Of a DNA stretch of 64,000 nt, positions 19,825 through 29,155 are shown piece by piece. The notes under the pieces are model-generated. The model did no database searches. It worked only from the letters and a program-made list of their open reading frames with translations, and was not told where the DNA came from. Position 1 is the stretch's first letter. Every line of letters starts with the position of its first letter. The position numbers and the translations under genes are program-made. The stretch covers positions 47,402 through 111,401 of the forward strand of contig CAZTQY010000003.1 of assembly GCA_964616425.1 (NCBI GenBank), written 5' to 3'. Origin of the DNA: an uncultured Candidatus Saccharibacteria bacterium. GTDB lineage: Bacteria; Patescibacteriota; Minisyncoccia; Phycocordibacterales; DATDWN01.

Positions 19825-20205
19825 ATGACAACAATATTATTTTTTGTTTCTCTTTTTGTGCTTGCTTTGCTTGTGGTTTCTAGGATTTTTGCAGTAAATG
19901 CAGAAGTTCAGCAATCTACTCCAAAGATGTTTATAAAGAGTGATGAAGCTATAAACAAATTCATTGATTTTGCTGTATTTAAATACAATAGATACAAAAA
20001 AATCGGACACATCTTTTTGTTTGAATTTATACCATCATATGCTTATGAGTTGTTGGTAAAGATGAAAGACTATGTTTCAAAGAAGTATTACAGTTCAGCA
20101 GATGGGTTTAGAGGAAGAAGAGTATTGCGAAGTAATGGTTCTGTATCTTTCTTTTTAGAAAGTCTTTCTGATGATAAAACTCAGCCAGAAGCTAGAAAGG
20201 TTTAG
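19825..20205 (+). CDS. Hypothetical membrane-anchored protein
   Basis: N-terminal hydrophobic segment, host-like composition, follows tsf. Confidence 0.7.
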   Translation: MTTILFFVSLFVLALLVVSRIFAVNAEVQQSTPKMFIKSDEAINKFIDFAVFKYNRYKKIGHIFLFEFIPSYAYELLVKMKDYVSKKYYSSADGFRGRRVLRSNGSVSFFLESLSDDKTQPEARKV

Positions 20206-20333
20206 GGTTGACCCGGTAGTAGATTTTGGCATGGCGCTAATGCGCATGATGAATATCAATGTCAAAATTCACTACCGGGTTGAAATTAGTCTAGGTTTTT
20301 GATACATTAGATAGGTTGTATTAAAACAACATT

Positions 20334-20409
20334 GCCACCTTAGCTCAGTTGGTAGAGCACTCGTTTTGTAAACGAGAGCGGGTCAGTTCGAGCCTGACAG
20401 GTGGCTCCA
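20334..20409 (+). tRNA. tRNA-Thr(TGT)
   Basis: gccacct acceptor stem pairs with aggtggc; D loop agttggta; anticodon arm ctcgt-tt-TGT-aa-acgag; T loop ttcga; encoded CCA. Confidence 0.96.
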
Positions 20410-20446
20410 AAACAAAAAAACTCCAGTATTGGAGTTTTTTTGTTTT
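20409..20446 (+). terminator. tRNA terminator
   Basis: aaaacaaaaaaactcc-agtatt-ggagtttttttgtttt. Confidence 0.85.
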
Positions 20447-20458
20447 CCACAATTTATA

Positions 20459-20487
20459 TTGATGGTGAACTTTCGTTCACTTATAAT
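20459..20487 (+). promoter_or_regulatory. Sigma70 promoter with putative LexA (SOS) box
   Basis: TTGATG-gtGAACtttcGTTCact-TATAAT. Confidence 0.75.
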
Positions 20488-20494
20488 TATAGAT

Positions 20495-20914
20495 ATGAAT
20501 CAGAACAGAATTTGTATTGGTTGTGGAATTAAAATGACTTTGCGTCATAAAATAAAATATTGCTCTAATAAATGTCAGATGGGTCACCGTTATAAACTTT
20601 GGTTAATTTGTTGGAGAAATGGTTTAAATACAGGTAATGTAGGTATCACATCTGGGAATATATCAGGTCATTTAAGACGTTATTTAATTGATAAATACAA
20701 AAACAAATGCTCTCAATGTGGCTGGAACAAAATGCACCCAATTACTGGAAATGTACCACTCGAAATAGATCATATAGATGGCAATTCAGAAAATAATAAT
20801 GAAGATAATCTTCGTTTGCTTTGTCCAAACTGTCATGCGTTGACTCCATTTTTTAAAAATTTAAATAGAGGAAAAGGTAGAAAGTGGAGAACAGATAAAT
20901 ACATTAAAAATTAA
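20495..20914 (+). CDS. HNH endonuclease with zinc-binding motifs
   Basis: CxxC, YCSNKC, CSQC, LEIDHIDGN...N...NLRLLCPNCH; start at ATG 20495. Confidence 0.9.
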   Translation: MNQNRICIGCGIKMTLRHKIKYCSNKCQMGHRYKLWLICWRNGLNTGNVGITSGNISGHLRRYLIDKYKNKCSQCGWNKMHPITGNVPLEIDHIDGNSENNNEDNLRLLCPNCHALTPFFKNLNRGKGRKWRTDKYIKN

Positions 20915-20933
20915 TATTGTATACTTATATCCA

Positions 20934-21098
20934 ATGGAGCGGAAAAAACTTGTCTATCTAGGTTTGTTTATAGGGTCGTCTGTTGGTGGTTTTATCCCAT
21001 CATTATGGGATGGTGGAGCGTTTTCTATGAGCGGGATAATCTGGAGTGGAATAGGGGGTATATTGGGGATTTATCTTGGTTTTAAATTTGGAGATTAG
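20934..21098 (+). CDS. Small Gly-rich membrane protein (54 aa, not in ORF track)
   Basis: MERKKLVYLGLFIGSSVGGFIPSLWDGGAFSMSGIIWSGIGGILGIYLGFKFGD; two hydrophobic segments; TATACT just upstream. Confidence 0.7.
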   Translation: MERKKLVYLGLFIGSSVGGFIPSLWDGGAFSMSGIIWSGIGGILGIYLGFKFGD

Positions 21099-21790
21099 TT
21101 TCGAGTTGAAGTAGCAGTTGTACTTGTTGCAGTTTTTGCCTTTATTTTTTGTAGGTCTGGTTCAGCCTTTTCTATATCTTCTATACTCTGGAATCCATAG
21201 TAGACTTTATCGTTTATGACTATTGCTGGTAGTTCGTCTTTGACTTTGTTTATTGATATAAGAGTTTTAACTGCTGAAAGGTCAATATTGTAGTCAAAAG
21301 AGTACACTCGTAGTTCAGGGTATTCCTCTCGTAACCTAGTTAGAACATAGCCCTCCTTTTCACAATCAGGACATTTATTATCGATTGAGTAGAAATAGAT
21401 TATTGATATAGGAGTTTTCTTACACTTTTCACTTATTTTGTTCATAAGTAGGTAGTCTTTTATTTCTAAAAGAGAGTAGTATCTTTTAAGTGTCTGGACT
21501 TCCACGTCATCAGATCCACGGTCCTTTTCTGTATAAGCTAGCTTTTCTTCTAGAGTTCCAAGTTCAGTAGAGAGTGTTCCGGTACCAACATCCTTGCAAG
21601 AAGATTCCTCAAGTAATGAAAATTGAGTTTCTGAGGACAGGATATCGATAGCAATATTGTCCTGTATATCTCTTATGTCTAGAACTCTTTTGTTGGCAAA
21701 ATAGTTACTAGTAAGTATTGCTGTAGCAAAAATAACCGCAGTTATTGCAAAAGAAAAAAAGTATTGTTTCCAGTTTATTTGATTGTTCAT
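21095..21790 (-). CDS. Membrane-anchored protein with thioredoxin-like CxxC domain
   Basis: N-terminal TM; YFYS...CPDC, LPAIVIN. Confidence 0.7.
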   Translation of the reverse strand: MNNQINWKQYFFSFAITAVIFATAILTSNYFANKRVLDIRDIQDNIAIDILSSETQFSLLEESSCKDVGTGTLSTELGTLEEKLAYTEKDRGSDDVEVQTLKRYYSLLEIKDYLLMNKISEKCKKTPISIIYFYSIDNKCPDCEKEGYVLTRLREEYPELRVYSFDYNIDLSAVKTLISINKVKDELPAIVINDKVYYGFQSIEDIEKAEPDLQKIKAKTATSTTATSTRN

Positions 21791-21794
21791 GTAA

Positions 21795-23042
21795 TTACCT
21801 CCAGGTTGTGTTTATTTTAAAGAGGGCATTGAAGGCCGCTCGTATTATCCAGATAGGTGCAATAAACATATACAAAGATAGGTAATAAATCAAATCCATA
21901 CCCAAATCGAGTTTACCTTCTGACATTCTTTTGGAAATAACAATAAACGTAATAGTTCCGATAGCTGTAGCAAATCCCAACAAAGTAAGTATCTGAGTAT
22001 TCAAATAAAATAAATCAAAATGGATACTTGGCCAGCTCAAGTTCCATCCAACAGTGCTAACAACTTTATATTGGTTGAAAATAGCTCTGATAAAACTCAA
22101 GACAGAAACACTAGAAACAAATACTACAGAAACAATAGATATGGCTGCCATAGGTAAAACAAGCATTCCTACATTTCCGTATTTTCTTTTGAAAAACATA
22201 TAGCGATAGTCCTTTGCGTTTTGAATAAAGCCATGAGACCAACGAACTCTTTGCTTTAGGAGTTTTCGAACAGTGTTTGGTGGAACAGTATAAACAAATG
22301 CATTGTGGGCATGAACTATTTTAAATCCATTTTCCTGCATTCTGAGGGCGATCTCTATGTCCTCAGTGTTGTGTGCATGCCTGTATGGTCCAAGTTTGTC
22401 GAATACGTCTCGTCTAAAAATAGAGAATGGTCCAGGTGTTATATATATAGCGTTCATGTATTGGAACATCTTCCTTGTGAATATTCCAAAGCCATACTCT
22501 ATTTTCTGGAGTAGTTGGAGTATGGATTTTGGTTCCCAAAGTTTAATAGATGGAGCCACCGCCATAGTCTCCTTGTCCTGGAAGTAATATACGATTTTCT
22601 TTAGTGTATCTTTGTGAACATATGAGTCAGCGTCTAGACAACCAACTAGTTCAGTACTAAGTTTTGATAATCCATAATTTAGTGCAGTATATTTACCTCC
22701 ATTTTTCTTTGTGTGGAGTTCAATCTGAGGGTGGTTTTTAAATTTTTGTACAACTTCCCATGTGTTGTCTGTGGAACCATCATCCACTATCATTATTTTC
22801 AGTTTATCCTTTGGGTAGTCCAAGTTGAGTATAGAGTGTATAGTTTTTCCAACTGTTCTCTCTTCATTCCAGCAAGGTACGATAACAGTTACTGTCGGGT
22901 ATTTTTTGACTCCTTGCGCGACAAGCGCCTCCTCAGCCTCGATATTTTTTTTATTTGCAAAGTATGTAATAAGCAAAAAAACTTCAAAATTTAATGAAAT
23001 AAAGAGAAATACATATGTAATTGAGTTTGTTAGGTTGTACAT
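21795..23042 (-). CDS. GT2 glycosyltransferase (PgaC/IcaA-like)
   Basis: DDGSTD, DADS, TED, QRVRW; C-terminal TMs. Confidence 0.92.
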   Translation of the reverse strand: MYNLTNSITYVFLFISLNFEVFLLITYFANKKNIEAEEALVAQGVKKYPTVTVIVPCWNEERTVGKTIHSILNLDYPKDKLKIMIVDDGSTDNTWEVVQKFKNHPQIELHTKKNGGKYTALNYGLSKLSTELVGCLDADSYVHKDTLKKIVYYFQDKETMAVAPSIKLWEPKSILQLLQKIEYGFGIFTRKMFQYMNAIYITPGPFSIFRRDVFDKLGPYRHAHNTEDIEIALRMQENGFKIVHAHNAFVYTVPPNTVRKLLKQRVRWSHGFIQNAKDYRYMFFKRKYGNVGMLVLPMAAISIVSVVFVSSVSVLSFIRAIFNQYKVVSTVGWNLSWPSIHFDLFYLNTQILTLLGFATAIGTITFIVISKRMSEGKLDLGMDLIYYLSLYMFIAPIWIIRAAFNALFKINTTWR

Positions 23043-24226
23043 TAGCGTATTGTGGCTTGGTATGCAGATTTCGTTACTTCTTCAAGCTTTTTGTGTAAAA
23101 AGTCTACATCTTCAGAGGTTAAGGTTCTATTAAGAGATCTGTATGTTACTCGGTACGCATAGCTTACTTTTCCTTCACCAAACTTTGCAGCATTTTCATA
23201 TTTATCTAGTAGCTCTACCTGCTCAACAAGTCCAGGAGCATTTTCTCGAACTAGGTCGAAATAGTCGTTAGGTAGAAAGTCATTTGTTACAACAAAAGAA
23301 ATATCTCTTACTACAGGAGGGAACTTTGAAACCTCTACGAACTTTTGTCCAAGTTTCAGCTGTTTTGTCACTCTCTCGTCGTCAGACCATAGCAGTCGGA
23401 TATCTGGTAGTTCCATAGATATGATAGCTAGTCTCTCCAATCCAAACCCGAATGCCCAACCATTGTAGACGTTAGAGTCCACTCCAAGTTTCTCTAGAAC
23501 ACTACCCTGAACAACACCTGCACCGAGTACCTCTACCCACTGCCCGTCTTTGTCCACTTCCATCTCTAGGCTGTCGTGCGTATAAGGGAATGTATCTGGA
23601 TTAAATCTATATTTTATTTCTTTGCCGAACACAGACTGTGCAACTTCGATCAAAACATCTTTGAGGTCGTCTTGATTTATTTCCTTCTCAGACTTTTTGC
23701 AGAGGTATAGTCCATCTACCTGGTGGAAGATGTTCATGTGTCTTCGATCGATCTCATCCTTTCGGTAAACTTTTCCGTGACAGATAACGGCCATGTCGAG
23801 ACCCTTTGCCATTTTTTCTTTTATTTCAGGTCTGTTGAAGTAGTACCACCACATAACTGTTGTATGTGTTCGGAGAATATAGTCTTGGTTTACATAGTAT
23901 GTGTCTGACTTGCTTCGAGCAGGGTGACTAGCAGGGAAGTCAAAGAGGTCAAAAGTCTGAACCATAGGTACTATCTCTGGGATAGTTATGACATCGAACT
24001 TTTTGAAAGTGTCGAGTGCCTTTACTCGGTCTGCTATTTCTTTGATAGGGCTACCGTCTTTTCGAGAAAGGTCATCCATTGCTAAATAGCGCTTTATTCG
24101 AGCGCTCTCTGCATCTGTTCTCTCCTCAAGCTCTTTGCGTAGAGTTTGGTCGTTACTGTCTACTTCAATGTACTCTTTTCGATCGAGTTCTGGAGAGGAG
24201 TAGAGGTCCTTCATACTGTTTGACAT
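23042..24226 (-). CDS. pheS: Single-chain phenylalanyl-tRNA synthetase (catalytic domain plus ferredoxin-fold anticodon-binding domain)
   Basis: HPARSKSDTYY, LRTHT, YRKDEID, FHQVDG, GFGLERLA, then SKFPPVVRDISF...RTLT. Confidence 0.92.
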   Translation of the reverse strand: MSNSMKDLYSSPELDRKEYIEVDSNDQTLRKELEERTDAESARIKRYLAMDDLSRKDGSPIKEIADRVKALDTFKKFDVITIPEIVPMVQTFDLFDFPASHPARSKSDTYYVNQDYILRTHTTVMWWYYFNRPEIKEKMAKGLDMAVICHGKVYRKDEIDRRHMNIFHQVDGLYLCKKSEKEINQDDLKDVLIEVAQSVFGKEIKYRFNPDTFPYTHDSLEMEVDKDGQWVEVLGAGVVQGSVLEKLGVDSNVYNGWAFGFGLERLAIISMELPDIRLLWSDDERVTKQLKLGQKFVEVSKFPPVVRDISFVVTNDFLPNDYFDLVRENAPGLVEQVELLDKYENAAKFGEGKVSYAYRVTYRSLNRTLTSEDVDFLHKKLEEVTKSAYQATIR

Positions 24227-24272
24227 ATGTCGAAACTATAGCGAAAAATAGGCGTTTTGTAAAATTTTTGTA

Positions 24273-24423
24273 ATCAAAACAAAACTTTTTTCAGACCGCT
24301 CGCTTTTCCAGCGAAAAGCTTGCTTTGTCCTCGGTCGCAACTTGTCAATGAGCCGAGCAAAGCTCGGACTTTGACAGGACCATGCTTGCGACCTGTGGGG
24401 TCATCAAAAAGTTTTGTTTTGAG
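24273..24423. repeat. Structured intergenic element, family B
   Basis: Multi-stem fold sharing cttttc-cagc-gaaaag, tgtcctc, ttgtcaatgagc, ttgaca and ccatgct with 44608-44763. Confidence 0.88.
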
Positions 24424-24503
24424 TAAAATTTAGTAAACAAAAAACCCCGCACAGAACCGGGCGCGAACTGCGCGGGGTTCTGTGTGGGTGGGGATTGATG
24501 AGA

Positions 24504-24875
24504 TTACAGAATGATGGCTGTGACTTTCTCACTTCCACCAACCATCTCAACAACTTCTTCAACTGGGTTGCGTCTGGTGTGGGCGGTCTTGGGTATCGGC
24601 TTGACCTCGAAGGTCTTGCCGTGCTTTTCGACAAGTTCCGCCAACCATACCTCCCAGTTGTCTGGGTTGACCTGTGAAGCATCGATATTCGCGAGTTGAG
24701 GGAACTGTGAAAGAAGAAATGGCTTACACTCGTCCATCACTCGGGGGACTTGGTGAGTGAACACCACATCTCCAGTCATGTAGTTCAGGATGTCGTAGTA
24801 AGCTTCCACGCCCCGTGGAGCAACCAAATAACCAGTTGTGACAGTCAGGATATCGCCCAGATGGAAACTTTTCAT
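24504..24875 (-). CDS. Phage-like hypothetical protein (cassette)
   Basis: FHLGDILTVTTG...YMTG...FTHQ.PR resembles a phage hypothetical family (from memory); TTGACA-N17-CATAAT promoter, GAGG SD, hairpin at 24438-24495. Confidence 0.75.
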   Translation of the reverse strand: MKSFHLGDILTVTTGYLVAPRGVEAYYDILNYMTGDVVFTHQVPRVMDECKPFLLSQFPQLANIDASQVNPDNWEVWLAELVEKHGKTFEVKPIPKTAHTRRNPVEEVVEMVGGSEKVTAIIL

Positions 24876-25044
24876 CGTTTTCGCCTCGTGGAACATGGGG
24901 CATAAATGCCCAAAATCAACTGCGCGAATTATGGCATATTTATTACCTATTTGTCAATATATAATTTACCCCAAAATTCATCACTTTTTCCTTGTGATGA
25001 CATCCAAATTTTGCTATAATTACTCGCATAACAAATCACAAAAT

Positions 25045-27102
25045 ATGGCTAAAAAAGACTCTTACGGTGCAGATGCGATACAGATTCTCGAAGGACTAGA
25101 ACCAGTTAGAAAGCGACCGGGAATGTACATTGGTACAACAGGACTCGACGGACTACATCACCTTATTTGGGAAATTTTTGACAACTCTCGTGACGAAGCC
25201 ATGGGTGGTTTCGCAAACGACATCGAGGTGACACTCCTACCTGGAAACAGAATCCGAGTTACAGACAACGGAAGAGGTATCCCTGTTGATATTCACAAAC
25301 AAACAAAAGTTTCAGCACTTGAAACTATCATGACAACTCTCCATGCTGGAGGAAAGTTCGGTGCAGAGGACGGAGGTTACAAAGTCTCTGGAGGTTTGCA
25401 CGGAGTAGGTGCGTCTGTGGTAAACGCTCTATCTATCTACTGTAAAGTAACTGTTCACAAGGAGGGCAACGGTATCTACGTGCAGGAATATTCTCAAGGA
25501 AAGAGAAAAGCTCTTGTAAAGAAAGTTGGATCAACAAAGAAAAACGGAACTATAGTTTTGTTCGAACCAGATCCAGCTATTTTCCCAATCATTGAGTTTG
25601 ATGCAAAAAGAGTTGTCGATCATTTGAGACAGCAGGCCTATCTAGTAAAAGGTCTACGTATCACAGTTAACGACGCTTCAAAATACGAAGGTAAAATAAA
25701 AGAAGACGAAGTTTTCAAAATTGGGGAGCTTGGACTCGAGATCCCATCAATGTCTTTTTACTTTGAGGGAGGACTGCTTTCTCTAGTAAAGTTCGTAAAT
25801 ACAACTTTCAAACCTGTTCACAAAAATGTTTTCTATGTTGAGAAAAAAACAAATGAATGGGAGTCAGTGGAAGTATCACTACAGTATGTTGATGATATTT
25901 CTTCTCGTATTCTTGGTTTCGCAAACAACATTCACACACCAGAAGGTGGAACACACGTTACTGGTTTTAAAACTGCTCTAACTCGTGCACTGAACTCATA
26001 CGGACGAAAGAACAACCTTATCAAAGAAAACGATGACAACTTTACTGGAGAGGATGTTCTCGAGGGTCTAACGGCGGTTGTTTCTGTAAAACTACGAGAG
26101 ATACAGTTCGAAGGTCAGACAAAAGCAAAACTTGGAACAGTGGAGGCTCAGTCTTCTGTTAACACTATTTTCTCAGAAGCATTTGCAGAATTTCTAGAAG
26201 AAAATCCGGATGATGCAAAGGCAATCATCAACAAAGTTATCCTGGCTCTAAAAGCACGAAAGGCAGCAAAGGCCGCAAAGGATTCTGTTCTACGAAAAGG
26301 TGCGCTAGAAGGAATGACACTTCCTGGAAAGCTTGCCGACTGTCAGTCAAAGTCAGCAGAGGACTCAGAACTGTTTATTGTGGAGGGAGATTCTGCGGGA
26401 GGTACAGCTAAAACAGGCCGTGATCGAAAGACACAAGCGATACTTCCACTACGAGGAAAGATCCTTAACATCGAGAGAGCTAGACTCGACCGAATGTTAG
26501 AGTCAGAGCAGATACGAAACCTCGTTATCGCACTAGGAACAGCGATAGGAGATACATTTGATATATCAAAACTGCGATATCACAAGATAATCATCGCAAC
26601 AGATGCGGACGTGGACGGTGCTCACATTCGAACTCTTATTTTGACTTTGCTATATAGATTTTTCCGACCACTTATCGATGGAGGTTTTATTTACATCGCT
26701 CAACCACCTCTATATAAAATAAAGAAAGGTAGAGAAATATTTTATGCATATTCAGATGACGAGAAAGCAAAAGTAGTTGGAAAGGAAGAAGTTGCAGAGA
26801 TAGAAGAAATAACAGAGGTAGAACCAGAAGCAGATGGTGTGGAAGAGGAAGCAGAGGAAGACACAAAATCTAAATCCAAGAAGTCTAAAATCTCAATTCA
26901 ACGATACAAAGGTCTCGGAGAAATGAATGCAGAAGAACTATGGGAAACAACAATGGATCCCGCTAGACGAGTTCTAAAACAAGTAACTATTGGCGACACA
27001 GTTGGCGCAGACAAAGTGTTTGATGTGCTCATGGGTTCAGACGTTCCATCTCGAAAGTCATTTATACAGTCGAACGCAACAAAGGCAAATTTGGATATAT
27101 AA
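25045..27102 (+). CDS. gyrB: DNA gyrase subunit B
   Basis: LEPVRKRPGMYIG, GGLHGVG, EGDSAGG, PLRGK, DADVDG, RYKGLGEM; start at ATG 25045. Confidence 0.96.
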   Translation: MAKKDSYGADAIQILEGLEPVRKRPGMYIGTTGLDGLHHLIWEIFDNSRDEAMGGFANDIEVTLLPGNRIRVTDNGRGIPVDIHKQTKVSALETIMTTLHAGGKFGAEDGGYKVSGGLHGVGASVVNALSIYCKVTVHKEGNGIYVQEYSQGKRKALVKKVGSTKKNGTIVLFEPDPAIFPIIEFDAKRVVDHLRQQAYLVKGLRITVNDASKYEGKIKEDEVFKIGELGLEIPSMSFYFEGGLLSLVKFVNTTFKPVHKNVFYVEKKTNEWESVEVSLQYVDDISSRILGFANNIHTPEGGTHVTGFKTALTRALNSYGRKNNLIKENDDNFTGEDVLEGLTAVVSVKLREIQFEGQTKAKLGTVEAQSSVNTIFSEAFAEFLEENPDDAKAIINKVILALKARKAAKAAKDSVLRKGALEGMTLPGKLADCQSKSAEDSELFIVEGDSAGGTAKTGRDRKTQAILPLRGKILNIERARLDRMLESEQIRNLVIALGTAIGDTFDISKLRYHKIIIATDADVDGAHIRTLILTLLYRFFRPLIDGGFIYIAQPPLYKIKKGREIFYAYSDDEKAKVVGKEEVAEIEEITEVEPEADGVEEEAEEDTKSKSKKSKISIQRYKGLGEMNAEELWETTMDPARRVLKQVTIGDTVGADKVFDVLMGSDVPSRKSFIQSNATKANLDI

Positions 27103-27103
27103 C

Positions 27104-27131
27104 AAAAAACCTCCCGTTTGGGAGGTTTTTT
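27104..27131. terminator. Bidirectional terminator
   Basis: aaaaaacctccc-gttt-gggaggtttttt between convergent genes. Confidence 0.9.
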
Positions 27132-27132
27132 G

Positions 27133-27381
27133 TTATATAGTTTCTGTTTTCTTTTCTTCGGTATGATGATGTTTTTGTGTTTGGTGAAATATTGATGGAT
27201 GCTTTGGAATAATCACCGTGGCTACTATGTAACCGAGAATTGCTGGGACAACACCTGTTAGTATTGCTAATACTATGAAAACAAGTCTAAGCACAGTTGG
27301 GTCAATATCCACATACTCACCGATACCCCCGATAACTCCTGCTAGTATTTTGTCCGTGTCACTTTTATATAGTTTTCTCAT
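27133..27381 (-). CDS. PspC domain protein
   Basis: KLYKS..DKILAGVIGGIGEY..IDPTVLR. Confidence 0.9.
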   Translation of the reverse strand: MRKLYKSDTDKILAGVIGGIGEYVDIDPTVLRLVFIVLAILTGVVPAILGYIVATVIIPKHPSIFHQTQKHHHTEEKKTETI

Positions 27382-27410
27382 ATTTTTATAACTTCCGGAT
27401 TTTGAAAGTT

Positions 27411-28664
27411 CTAGGATTTATTGATAATCTCTTCCTTTAGCTTTATTAGAAGTTCATCAGCTGTCATTTGTCCCAACTGTCCGTTGTCTCGTGACTCCAG
27501 AGTGACTTTTCCAGCTTCAACTTCCTTATCTCCTAATACAATCCAGTATGGCATTTTATTTGTTTTTGCATCTCGTACCTTTGATCCTAGGTTTTCATCT
27601 GCTAGATCAAGTTCAGAACGGATACCTGCTTCTATCAGCATTTTGTGGACCTTTTCTGCATACTCACCATGATTTTCTCGAACAGGGATAACTTTAACTT
27701 GAGTTGGTGAAAGCCATAGTGGGAAAGAACCGCCGTAATGTTCGATAAGGAAAGCCATAATCCTTTCGATTGCCCCAATAGATGATCGGTGTATTACAGA
27801 AGAACAAAGTTTTACCGCTCCATCAGAGTCAGTAAATGAAAGTTCAAATTTACCTGGAGCTAGAAAGTCATATTGTACAGTGAATGCAGTATTTTCAATT
27901 CCACGAACGTCTTTCATTTGGACGTCAATCTTTGGTCCATAAAATGCCGCTTCGTTTTCTGCTTCGGTAAACTTCACATCTTGTGATTGTAGAACTTCGC
28001 GCAAAGCTTGCTCTGCCTCATCCCAGGCCTCATCATTTTTAAAATATTTTTTGTCATCATTTCTGTCTCCCAAAGAAAGTCTGTACCAAAAATCTTCTCC
28101 TTTTTTTAGACCAAAAACTCCTGCAACATGTGTTATAAGGTCCAAGGCTCTTTGCACTTCTGATTTTGATTGCTCTTTATTTGCACAAATAATATGGGCA
28201 TCAGCTAGGCAGAATGAACGAACTCGAACAAGTCCAGAAAGGTTTCCAGAGGCTTCATATCGATACAATTTAGCCATCTCAGCTATACGTATTGGTAGTT
28301 CTCTGTATGAGTGAGGCTTAGAAAGATAAAGTTCGTAGTGATGAGGACAAGTCATCGGTCGTAACATAAACTCTTCACCATCAATATCGATAGGAGAATA
28401 CATCGTGTCCTTGTAATATGGATAATGGCCAGACTTTTTATATAAATCTAGTTTTGCAATATCAGGAGTTGATACATGTTTGTATCCACGTTTAATTTCT
28501 TCATCTACTATAAATCTTTCAAGTTCACGTCGGATTGTAGCTCCTTTGTCGGTGTAAAGAGGAAGACCCTTACCAACAACATCTGAGAACACGAATAACC
28601 CTAATTCTTTACCAATGACTCGATGGTCATTTTTATCCATTTCGTTGTTTTTGTCGTTTTCCAT
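27411..28664 (-). CDS. thrS: Threonyl-tRNA synthetase lacking N-terminal editing domain
   Basis: DHR..GKEL, RPMTCPHH, YRYE, AAFYGPKID, IHR...ER. Confidence 0.95.
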   Translation of the reverse strand: MENDKNNEMDKNDHRVIGKELGLFVFSDVVGKGLPLYTDKGATIRRELERFIVDEEIKRGYKHVSTPDIAKLDLYKKSGHYPYYKDTMYSPIDIDGEEFMLRPMTCPHHYELYLSKPHSYRELPIRIAEMAKLYRYEASGNLSGLVRVRSFCLADAHIICANKEQSKSEVQRALDLITHVAGVFGLKKGEDFWYRLSLGDRNDDKKYFKNDEAWDEAEQALREVLQSQDVKFTEAENEAAFYGPKIDVQMKDVRGIENTAFTVQYDFLAPGKFELSFTDSDGAVKLCSSVIHRSSIGAIERIMAFLIEHYGGSFPLWLSPTQVKVIPVRENHGEYAEKVHKMLIEAGIRSELDLADENLGSKVRDAKTNKMPYWIVLGDKEVEAGKVTLESRDNGQLGQMTADELLIKLKEEIINKS

Positions 28665-28753
28665 AGTAGATACAGCATATCATATCTTCTATTATTTAGA
28701 ATATGTTTGACAATATTATTTCTTTGTAACACTATTTTGTCTGGGGGGAGTTC

Positions 28754-29050
28754 ATGCACAACTCTACAGAAGAGTGTGCCCTTGTCTATTTGGAAAGGGT
28801 GCATGCGTACGTAACTTGGATCAAGGAGGCAAGAGAGAAATTCGCTAGGAGTTTCGGTAAGGACTGGGTGGAAGAGGTGGGCAGTGATGTTCACCGGTTC
28901 CCACCATTCATCAAGGGGGCTCTCCTATCCTGGAATCTTGAACTTCGTTCTATGGAACGAGTCCTTGGTCTTACTCCCGAGGAGCTTGCGAAGATCGACA
29001 ATGAGTACGGAGTTGAGCGTTATGAGAGAAAGGGGAGATCAGGACAGTGA
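28754..29050 (+). CDS. Hypothetical protein (cassette)
   Basis: TTGACA at 28707, GGGAG SD, terminator gcgtcgag-gcaa-ctcgacgc-tttttt. Confidence 0.72.
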   Translation: MHNSTEECALVYLERVHAYVTWIKEAREKFARSFGKDWVEEVGSDVHRFPPFIKGALLSWNLELRSMERVLGLTPEELAKIDNEYGVERYERKGRSGQ

Positions 29051-29155
29051 GTAGTTGGCTACCGGCGCGGGGTCCCGCGTTGGGTCCCGCGTCGAGGCAA
29101 CTCGACGCTTTTTTAATATTAAGATTTATATTCAGAAACAAGAAAATTTAAATTT

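Noticed and set aside
20334-21100. Prophage or island integrated at tRNA-Thr
   Set aside because: No integrase, and no duplicated tRNA 3' end was seen in the window.
24273-24423. Family B as a hammerhead or other known ribozyme
   Set aside because: No CUGANGA/GAAA core found on either strand by eye; other ribozyme classes could not be tested.
24838-25044. N-terminal extension of GyrB in the ORF track
   Set aside because: It overlaps a divergent cassette and promoters; homology begins at ATG 25045. The track extensions of tsf, smc, trmD and rpoB were trimmed for the same kind of reason.
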